Below are positions 7,209-14,253 of a stretch of DNA of 16,328 bases, one piece after another. Under the pieces are notes generated by a model, which was given only the letters and a program-made list of their open reading frames with translations, was not told where the DNA came from and searched no databases. The translations under genes were made by a program, and so were the position numbers. Source of the stretch: Candidatus Iainarchaeum sp. (lineage in GTDB: Archaea > Iainarchaeota > Iainarchaeia > JAGGVJ01); contig JAGGVJ010000021.1 in the NCBI GenBank assembly GCA_021158055.1, positions 1 to 16,328 of the forward strand, in the 5' to 3' direction. The number at the start of each line of letters is the position of its first letter. Position 1 is the stretch's first letter.

Positions 7209-8741
7209 TCATTCAACTGACTGGATAATGATTTTTTTAAGTACCACAGGGTGCCGTTTTTCAAGGTAGCTGATTGCCGATTCAAGCTTTTGCTTGTTTT
7301 CAGCATGCACTTCAAACAAAATGTCTCCCTTATGCACTTTTTCTCCCACGACCTTGTGAAAGTACAAGCCTGCCTTTTTGTCTTTCGGCGAACCCGCGAT
7401 CCTTGCAAGAAGGTTTGTTTTTTTGTTGCTTATCTGTTCAATGTAACCCTCTCTTTTTGAGAGCACATTTTTTTTGTATTCTGCAAGCTTGATTGATTTT
7501 GAAGTCACGGTTGATTTCCCGCCCTGCATCTTGATTATCTCGCGCATTTTTTTAAGGGCCAGGCCGTTTTCAATTGTTTTTTTTGCAAGGTCAAATCCGT
7601 TTCCCTTTTCCGCTTTCCCGGTCATTTCCAAGAGCACTCCGGCAAGCTCGCATGACTTTTCCCCAAGATCGTCGAAAATTTCTCCTTCAAGGGTCCGCAG
7701 AACAGCCCTTGCCTCGAGAGCCGGCCCGACAGCCCTTCCGATTGGCTGGTCTCCCTTTGTAATCAATGCCTCTGTTTTTATGCCGAGCCGTTTTCCTATC
7801 TCAACAAAATCGTCTGCAAGTGCTTTTGCGTTTTTAAGGGTTTTTACTTTGGTGTCAGGGCCCATCGGAATGTCAATTATCAGGTGGTTTGACCCGACAG
7901 ACGCCTTTTTGGCCATGACGCTTGCAATGACCTGTCCGCGGGGGTCTGCCCTCAACGGGTGCTCCACTTTGATGATTATGTCATCTGCGGGTGCAAGGCT
8001 CACCGCCCCGCCCCACGTGATAACAGCGCCGATTTTGTTTGTTATGCTCTTTATTTTTTCAAGGGGCAAATCCACAGGGCACAACACCTCCATGGTGTCT
8101 GCGGTTCCGGCAGCGCTTGTAATTGAACGCGAGGAAGTTTTCGGCATGCATAAACCGTTTGCAGCAAGTATTGGGACCACAAGCATTGTGGTTCTGTTTC
8201 CCGCCACGCCGCCGATGCAGTGCTTGTCCACAATTAGCGGCTTTTCAAATTTGATTTTTTCCCCGGAGTCAATTATCGCCCTGGTCATGTATTCAACTTC
8301 ATCCATGTTCAAGTCATTTATGTACATGGCCGTGACAAAGGCAGCGAGTTCAATTTGGCTCAAATTGTTTTCAATTATATCATTTACTATCTTGTATATC
8401 TCGGATTTTTCAAGAACCTGGTCGTTCATTTTCTTTTTTATGTACAGCATCGACTCCGGCGGTGAAGAGGGCTCAAGGAAAATTTCCTGCCCTTCTTTCA
8501 GGTTCAGTTTTTCGGCAAGCTCAAGTGACACGCCCACTTCGTCTTCTTTGACAAGCCGCGTGGTTTCGTTTACAATTGCTGTTATGTCATCGTTGTTTGC
8601 GCCGCAGACCTTTACGCGGTCTTCGATGTTTATCCCGAGTTCTTTCATGTCATTCGGGTGCATTACAATGACAAGGGGACCGCCTGTCGTAAGGTCTAAA
8701 AGTTTCACTTTGACTGGTATCGAATAAATCTTGACTTCCAT
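7209..8741 (-). CDS. deoA: AMP phosphorylase (archaeal NMP phosphorylase, thymidine phosphorylase family)
   Basis: DKHCIGGVAGNRTT, PKTSSRSITSAAGTAD, WGGAVSLAPADD, QPIGRAVGPALEA. It has the N-terminal extension domain and 510-aa length typical of AMP phosphorylase. Confidence 0.95.
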   Translation of the reverse strand: MEVKIYSIPVKVKLLDLTTGGPLVIVMHPNDMKELGINIEDRVKVCGANNDDITAIVNETTRLVKEDEVGVSLELAEKLNLKEGQEIFLEPSSPPESMLYIKKKMNDQVLEKSEIYKIVNDIIENNLSQIELAAFVTAMYINDLNMDEVEYMTRAIIDSGEKIKFEKPLIVDKHCIGGVAGNRTTMLVVPILAANGLCMPKTSSRSITSAAGTADTMEVLCPVDLPLEKIKSITNKIGAVITWGGAVSLAPADDIIIKVEHPLRADPRGQVIASVMAKKASVGSNHLIIDIPMGPDTKVKTLKNAKALADDFVEIGKRLGIKTEALITKGDQPIGRAVGPALEARAVLRTLEGEIFDDLGEKSCELAGVLLEMTGKAEKGNGFDLAKKTIENGLALKKMREIIKMQGGKSTVTSKSIKLAEYKKNVLSKREGYIEQISNKKTNLLARIAGSPKDKKAGLYFHKVVGEKVHKGDILFEVHAENKQKLESAISYLEKRHPVVLKKIIIQSVE

Positions 8742-8845
8742 TTCTTCAGCTCCGTAACCGGTTTTGGTTGTTTGCAGTTTCTTTTGTTTTTCAGTGATCT
8801 GGTTGTTTTTTTATACATTTTTTACAGGTGATGTGAACTTGTTTT

Positions 8846-9775
8846 TCAAAGCGTGTTTAGTTCTGCTGCGTCCCGAACCATTGACGAAATGAATGTTTGA
8901 GGGGTAAGCACGCCCATCTCGCAGATTATTCCGCGCACGAGTTCGATTTCAGTGCAGTCAAAAGCAGGGTTCAGCACTTTCAGGTTTTTTTGAAGCGCTG
9001 ATTTTATCACTTCAAGGGAACTCCTGTTTTCTATGGGTTCAAGAAAGCCCTGCAAAGTCAAAGGGTCAAACTTGTGCGACGAAGTGCACACGTAATGGTG
9101 CGCTTCCTCTGCCTTTGCAGCAAGGGAAATAAGCGACGTGCCTATTTTGTTCACCACGAAACCGTCGGAAGTAATCGCGTCTGCGCCTGAAAAAAACAAA
9201 TCAACGTCATTCATTATGTGACGCGCGGCAGAATCAACTATGAGAGTTGTGTTTATGCCGTAGGTTGAGAGTTCTTTTGCGCTTATCCTTCCCTGAAAAA
9301 GCGGCCGTGTTTCAGTGCATATGACACTGAATTTTTTTCCCTTGTCAAACGCCCTTTTAATCACGGCCATTACTGTGTTACTGTGGCAGTGAATCAGGAT
9401 GGTGCTGTTGTCCGGGATAAGGTTTGAGCCAAACTCGCTTATTTTTTCGTGTTCTTTCGGGAGTCTTAAGAGATAATCTTTGCAGGCGGAAATAGTCTTG
9501 TTTTTTCTTTTTTCAAATTCTTTTTCCTTTCCGGCTTTCAGTATGATGTACTTCAATGCGTTTCTGAGCATCGGTTCGGTTGGCCTTGAAGACGCAAGGA
9601 TTTTCGCGTTTTTTTCAAGTCCGGCCATGAATCCTTTTGCAGGTTCTTTTTCTGTTTCCCTTGCCCAGTAAAGAACAGCGCGCACTGCTTCTTTTGCAAC
9701 ATTTCGCGCCCCCTGAATTTCAAGGCGCTTTATTTTGCCGGCAGAGATCCTGATTTTGTTTTTTGTGTTTTGCAT
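8846..9775 (-). CDS. Ribose-1,5-bisphosphate isomerase (eIF-2B alpha/beta/delta family)
   Basis: IQGARNVA, RPTEPMLRN, HCHS (catalytic Cys), ETRP..QG, GADAIT (catalytic Asp), NKIGT, NPAFD. Adjacent to AMP phosphorylase. Confidence 0.92.
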   Translation of the reverse strand: MQNTKNKIRISAGKIKRLEIQGARNVAKEAVRAVLYWARETEKEPAKGFMAGLEKNAKILASSRPTEPMLRNALKYIILKAGKEKEFEKRKNKTISACKDYLLRLPKEHEKISEFGSNLIPDNSTILIHCHSNTVMAVIKRAFDKGKKFSVICTETRPLFQGRISAKELSTYGINTTLIVDSAARHIMNDVDLFFSGADAITSDGFVVNKIGTSLISLAAKAEEAHHYVCTSSHKFDPLTLQGFLEPIENRSSLEVIKSALQKNLKVLNPAFDCTEIELVRGIICEMGVLTPQTFISSMVRDAAELNTL

Positions 9776-9799
9776 GCAATTTAATAAAGTAAAAAGAGG

Positions 9800-9810
9800 T
9801 TATTAATTTT
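9800..9810 (-). promoter_or_regulatory. Putative BRE/TATA box for the isomerase-AMP phosphorylase-fusion unit (near-leaderless)
   Basis: The minus strand reads AAAATTAATAA about 25-35 nt upstream of ATG 9775, and no Shine-Dalgarno sequence is visible. Confidence 0.35.
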
Positions 9811-9957
9811 GCCCCATATTGCTTTAGTTTTATTTCTGCGTTGTTTTAGTTTTGCTTTTGCGGATTATCTTGTTGTTTCAGATTTGCCGGCACATTATCC
9901 GGGAGGGTTTTACCGTTACAGCATCGCGGTTTTTTTAAAAAAGCGCAGTTTGTAGCA

Positions 9958-9969
9958 TTTATTTAAATA
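9958..9969 (+). promoter_or_regulatory. Putative TATA box for ftsZ-secE
   Basis: TTTATTTAAATA matches the archaeal TTTAWATA consensus. GGAGG RBS at 10154-10158. Confidence 0.4.
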
Positions 9970-10164
9970 CTTCTTTAGTCATAGAATATGCAATAGTCAT
10001 TGCGCAAAAGAGTGTGTTGCATGTCCGCGGTCCAGTGCCGGGTTCAATAGTACAGCATAGCTTTTTGTGGGGTTAAGGAACCGCATGCTGTTTGTTTTTC
10101 TTTTGCAGGAGAGCTGCAGTTTAATGCACTGGTTTTTGGATAATACGTTTCTTGGAGGGTTCTT

Positions 10165-11292
10165 ATGAAATCAATCATAAAAAAAGCAGTTAAAAACGCC
10201 AAAAAAGACACTGTAAAAAAAAGCAGGATAGCAGTTGACGATGATGACGAGCTTATAAATATTCTTGAAAGATGCTCTGCGAGAATAAAAGTGGTTGGTG
10301 CAGGCGGTTCAGGAAACAACACGCTTAACAGGATGGTTGAAATCGGAATTGTCGGCGCAACAACCCTTGCAATCAACACTGACGCACAGCACCTTGTGAA
10401 CACGAAATCCGACTCAAGGCTTTTGCTTGGGCAGGAAATCACAAAAGGGCTCGGGGCAGGTTCAAACCCGGAAATAGGGGAAGCTGCGGCCAGGGAAAAC
10501 ATTGACGAGTTGAAAGAACTGCTCAAGGGAAACGACATGGTATTCATCACCGGCGGAATGGGCGGCGGGACAGGAACCGGAAGCGCTCCCGTTGTTGCAG
10601 AAGTCGCAAAAGACCTTGGCATGCTGACAGTCGCAGTAGTCACACTGCCTTTCTCGGTCGAGGGAAACAGAAGGCGGGACAACGCGCTTGAAGGGCTCAA
10701 CAAGCTCAAAAAACACGCTGACACAGTGATTATTATTCCAAACGACAAGCTTCTTGAAGTCGCACCCGACCTGCCGATAACAGCAGCGTTCAAGGTGGCA
10801 GACGAAGTGCTTGTCAACGCAGTAAAAGGGATAACAGAAATGATCACAAAACCAGGTCTTGTAAACCTTGACTTTTCAGACCTCAAGACAATCCTCAACC
10901 ACGGCGGAGCCGCAATGATCGGCCTCGGGGAATCGGAGGGACAGGAAACAGGCGAGGCAAGAGCCCTTGAAGCAATTGAAAACGCTTTGAGTTCACCTCT
11001 TCTTGACGTTGACATAACTGATGCTTCAAGAGCGCTCATCAATGTCACCGGCGGAAACAGCATGACCTTAAGGGAAGCGGAAATGATTGTCGAGGCAGTC
11101 AGTTCAAGGATTCACCCGAACGCCCACATAATCTGGGGTGCAATGATTGACGAGGAAGTCACCAAAAACACCATTCAGGCAATGGTTGTGATAAGCGGAG
11201 CCAGATTCCCGTACCTTGAAGACGGGGGAACAATGCAGAAAGCCACTGATGCCAAAGAGGGAGTGGACCTGGAACTTGATTACGTGGACTGA
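10165..11292 (+). CDS. ftsZ: Cell division protein FtsZ (FtsZ1 type)
   Basis: VVGAGGSGNN, INTD, GAGSNP, tubulin signature GGGTGTG, T7 loop NLDFSD. Upstream of secE and spt5, as for archaeal ftsZ1. Confidence 0.99.
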   Translation: MKSIIKKAVKNAKKDTVKKSRIAVDDDDELINILERCSARIKVVGAGGSGNNTLNRMVEIGIVGATTLAINTDAQHLVNTKSDSRLLLGQEITKGLGAGSNPEIGEAAARENIDELKELLKGNDMVFITGGMGGGTGTGSAPVVAEVAKDLGMLTVAVVTLPFSVEGNRRRDNALEGLNKLKKHADTVIIIPNDKLLEVAPDLPITAAFKVADEVLVNAVKGITEMITKPGLVNLDFSDLKTILNHGGAAMIGLGESEGQETGEARALEAIENALSSPLLDVDITDASRALINVTGGNSMTLREAEMIVEAVSSRIHPNAHIIWGAMIDEEVTKNTIQAMVVISGARFPYLEDGGTMQKATDAKEGVDLELDYVD

Positions 11293-11318
11293 AATGCAAA
11301 ACTGATTAAGGTGTTTTA

Positions 11319-11534
11319 ATGGTTAAAAGAATTGGAAAATTGTTTACTGGGATAAAAAGTTACCTGAAAAATTTTATTGCTTCGTCAAAAAGGGTGCTTA
11401 AGATTTCAAAAAAGCCGTCCGGTCCCGAGTTTAAAAGAATTGCCCAGATAACCGGAATCGGATCTTTTCTCATCGGAATGGTCGGATTTGTGATTTACTT
11501 GGCTTTTAATGTGGTTAAATTGATTGCTCTTTGA
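11319..11534 (+). CDS. secE: Protein translocase subunit SecE/Sec61-gamma
   Basis: RVLKISKKPS..EF..IA..TGIG...IG..GF.IY with a single C-terminal TM helix. AAGGTG RBS. Conserved gene order. Confidence 0.95.
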   Translation: MVKRIGKLFTGIKSYLKNFIASSKRVLKISKKPSGPEFKRIAQITGIGSFLIGMVGFVIYLAFNVVKLIAL

Positions 11535-11764
11535 TGGATAGATCAATTGCTTTTTGATTTGTTTTGATTTGGTTGCTTGTTTGCCTGTGGTTTTCGGCTA
11601 AACAACCATTTTTAATAATCAATTGCCTTTAGTATTTTAGTTATATCCTTTAGTGTATATTATTATTTTTAAATGAATTATTATTCTAATGATAATGGAT
11701 CATGTTTAACAATAATGTATTATATTTAACAATGATGACAAATTATTTTTAACGGACTGATTTT

Positions 11765-12211
11765 ATGATTTACAGTGTTAGAACAACAGTCGGACAGGAA
11801 AAAACAGTCGCTGATATGATAACAAGGCGCGCCAAGCAACAAAATGCACCCATATATTCGGTTTCAATAATCGACAATTTGAGAGGGTACGTGCTTGTGG
11901 AATCAGAGTCAGAAGTAGTTGTAAGAACAGCTATTTTTGACATGTCCCATGTCAAGGGAGTGATTTCCGGTTCAATGGAAATGAAAGACGTTGCTCACCT
12001 GTTTGAAGCAAAGCCGATTTTGAGCGGTGTTGAAGTCGGTGCCTTAATCGAACTTGTGGCGGGACCGTTCAAGGGAGAACGCGGCAAAGTAAAACGAATT
12101 GACAACACAAAAGAAGAAATAACCATTGAACTGATTGAGTCAGCGGTTCCGATCCCGATAACCGTCAAGTCAAACTACATAAAAGTGATTGACAAGGGAA
12201 AAGGAAAATAA
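11765..12211 (+). CDS. spt5: Transcription elongation factor Spt5 (archaeal NusG)
   Basis: IYSVRTTVGQE, LRGYVLVE (NGN domain), GPFKGERGKV (KOW motif), VPIPITV. Confidence 0.97.
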   Translation: MIYSVRTTVGQEKTVADMITRRAKQQNAPIYSVSIIDNLRGYVLVESESEVVVRTAIFDMSHVKGVISGSMEMKDVAHLFEAKPILSGVEVGALIELVAGPFKGERGKVKRIDNTKEEITIELIESAVPIPITVKSNYIKVIDKGKGK

Positions 12212-12215
12212 GGGC

Positions 12216-13346
12216 TTAATTTTTAGGTTTAGATGAAAGAATAATACCGGAATCTTTAAAATATTTTTTCGCGGCAATTGTCCATAACTGCGGATCGCAC
12301 CCTCCTTTTTTGATTTCAGGATTATTTAAGATAAATGTTTCAGGGGCAGTGTCCAGTTTTGATTTAATCCTTAAACTTACTTCTTCCACGTGTTTCAGGC
12401 TTTTTGCAAGACCTGCAAATTTATATTTTTCCGCCCAGATTCTGTGTTTTGCTGCCCCGCTGTTAATTATTGCCTGTTCAAAAGGCCAGACTGCCCTGGA
12501 ATGATACTCTGATTTTATGTTATCTGCTGCTTTTCGTTCAAGTGTCCTGTACCCGATGGGTGTTTCAAGTTTTTTTGATGTTTCAATAATTCCTTCCAGT
12601 TGTTTGTTTTTCAGGTCCCCGGGTTCAAGGTAAAAAAGCATGTGCAGGAAATCAGAGTTTATTGCTTCAATAGGTCCTTCTTTGTCAAGGGCAATGTAAA
12701 ATTTGTTTGATTTTTGTTCATATAATTTTTCCATGCCCTTCATCATTTTTTCCGCAACCCTGAAATATTCGGGGTTTAATAGTTTTGCAGCGCATTTCAT
12801 TCCCTGCATATTCTGGACATGCGCCAACAAGTAGCACACAGGATAAGCAGGTTCGCCGTTTTTCCTGTTTATTATTTCAGAATCTTTCCAGTAAGTTACT
12901 TTTAATGCAAATTTTTTTGCATTGCAGAATTTTGGGTCTTCCATGAATAGGTTATTTTGATTGAGATGGGAGATGATATATTTTGTTGCATTTTCTATGT
13001 TTTTCTTTTGGCGCTCTGCCAGACTTTTATCACCAGTCAAATCTATATAAAATTTGTGCCCTATCAGGAACAGGGCGGTTGTATCGCAGGCATTAAATTT
13101 GGTTGTTAATCCTCCCCAGTTTGCCGCAGGATATTCATGAACTATTTTACCGGGTTCTTCCCCGCTTTTAGGGTTTTTGTTTACCCCTTGTTCATGAGTG
13201 CAGAAATTGAGCTGGCTTTTAAGCATTTTTGAGTTTCTGGAAAGAATTGCGGATATAATACTGTCTCTTGTAAAATTTTTTGGAAAATTAGGAAGACCTG
13301 CATTATAGAGAGTGAATCCCAGATATTTTGTTTTGAGTCTCTCCAT
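12216..13346 (-). CDS. Amylo-alpha-1,6-glucosidase/glycogen-debranching-like (alpha/alpha)6 glycoside hydrolase, catalytic domain only
   Basis: Variants of family motifs: FTRDSII (FGRDS), GEEPGKIVHE, DTTALFL (DATPLF), WKDS, GYRTL, YHSRAVWP (YHNGSVWP), CDPQLW (CSPQAW). AT-rich. Confidence 0.8.
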   Translation of the reverse strand: MERLKTKYLGFTLYNAGLPNFPKNFTRDSIISAILSRNSKMLKSQLNFCTHEQGVNKNPKSGEEPGKIVHEYPAANWGGLTTKFNACDTTALFLIGHKFYIDLTGDKSLAERQKKNIENATKYIISHLNQNNLFMEDPKFCNAKKFALKVTYWKDSEIINRKNGEPAYPVCYLLAHVQNMQGMKCAAKLLNPEYFRVAEKMMKGMEKLYEQKSNKFYIALDKEGPIEAINSDFLHMLFYLEPGDLKNKQLEGIIETSKKLETPIGYRTLERKAADNIKSEYHSRAVWPFEQAIINSGAAKHRIWAEKYKFAGLAKSLKHVEEVSLRIKSKLDTAPETFILNNPEIKKGGCDPQLWTIAAKKYFKDSGIILSSKPKN

Positions 13347-13438
13347 AAACTTAATTTGATTTAAGTTATATATATTTGTTAAATATTTTCAAAGCGATTT
13401 ATTAAATGTTTTAATAGTTCTTTGAGAGAGATTATATC
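13347..13438. promoter_or_regulatory. AT-rich divergent promoter region
   Basis: 92-bp spacer between head-to-head genes with TATA-like TTATATATA and TTTATTAAA elements. Confidence 0.45.
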
Positions 13439-14137
13439 ATGGCACCTGTCAGCACCGCGGGAGACAGCGGATTTCTCGGGTTTATAATCGCGGTTTTTGC
13501 GATTCTTTTTGCGTCGTACATAATTTCCGAAGTTTTTCGGCTTTTTGACTTCTTGTCTATCTTTCTGCTTTTGTCGTTTTCTGCAGTCGCAGCCAAATTT
13601 TTGCTGTTTTCAGGGGAAAATGCAGATTCTTCAAAGCCGTGGATGGGCAGAAAAGAGATTATTTTTGAAGGGGTGGCAAGCAAAGAGCCAAAACCGTTCA
13701 GGCCTGAAAAGACAGCGGAACAAGTGCCTGAAATAGAAGTCAAGGGCAGTAAAATTGTTTCCTTTGATGTTGAAGACGACTATGTTGTCATGATCCGCGA
13801 CCTTCTTTCAAAAGCAGAAGGGCAAATCAAGGAAGGCTGGTTTGAAGAATCCGTTTCAAACTGCCGGCTTGTCTTAAGCTACTTTCTGCAAAGGCTTTGC
13901 GAGGCCTACGACGTGGAATACTCCCGCGATGACTGGGGGGAAATAGTCCCCAAGCTTGAAATGAAGGGTGTCCACCTGCCTTACGAAAGGATATGGTGGA
14001 TTAACCGCGAGCGCGCAAGCATCCAGCACCCCAACTTCGAGAAAACAACGGAAGAAGAGGCAATGCAGGCGCTGGAGATTACAAAACAAGTCCTGGCAGG
14101 CGTGGAAGCCCAAAAATTGGGGTTTAAAGCGAAATAA
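13439..14137 (+). CDS. Membrane protein: two N-terminal TM helices, linker, C-terminal HEPN-like domain with RX4H
   Basis: Hydrophobic segments at about residues 12-33 and 36-57. The C-terminal helical pattern L.KAE..I..G.FEESV..CR..L...L..L ... RASIQH ... T.EEA..AL....VL follows HEPN/DUF4145 layout. The motif is at 14012-14029. Confidence 0.7.
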   Translation: MAPVSTAGDSGFLGFIIAVFAILFASYIISEVFRLFDFLSIFLLLSFSAVAAKFLLFSGENADSSKPWMGRKEIIFEGVASKEPKPFRPEKTAEQVPEIEVKGSKIVSFDVEDDYVVMIRDLLSKAEGQIKEGWFEESVSNCRLVLSYFLQRLCEAYDVEYSRDDWGEIVPKLEMKGVHLPYERIWWINRERASIQHPNFEKTTEEEAMQALEITKQVLAGVEAQKLGFKAK

Positions 14138-14181
14138 ATCACGCAAAGTGGAATAAATTACGTGCAAAAAATAAAAAACAG

Positions 14182-14222
14182 AAAAAGCAACAGCCGGATA
14201 CAAGCCCCGACCGTTGCTTTTT
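14182..14222. terminator. Inverted repeat between convergent genes; possible bidirectional terminator
   Basis: AAAAAGCAAC (14182-14191) and GTTGCTTTTT (14213-14222) are perfect 10-bp arms, giving a T-tract on both strands. Confidence 0.55.
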
Positions 14223-14253
14223 AGCTATGTTGTTGTGCATTTTTCAATTGTTC

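Noticed and set aside
7474-8727. 417-aa plus-strand ORF
   Set aside because: Antisense shadow of AMP phosphorylase; Ser/Phe/Ile-rich with no recognisable motifs.
8846-9775. eIF-2B subunit or methylthioribose-1-phosphate isomerase call
   Set aside because: RPTEP and HCHS motifs plus adjacency to AMP phosphorylase favour R15P isomerase.
10030-10055. GGGTTCAAT resembling a tRNA T-loop
   Set aside because: No closing T-stem or cloverleaf can be built.
10044-11063. 339-aa minus-strand ORF
   Set aside because: Antisense shadow of ftsZ.
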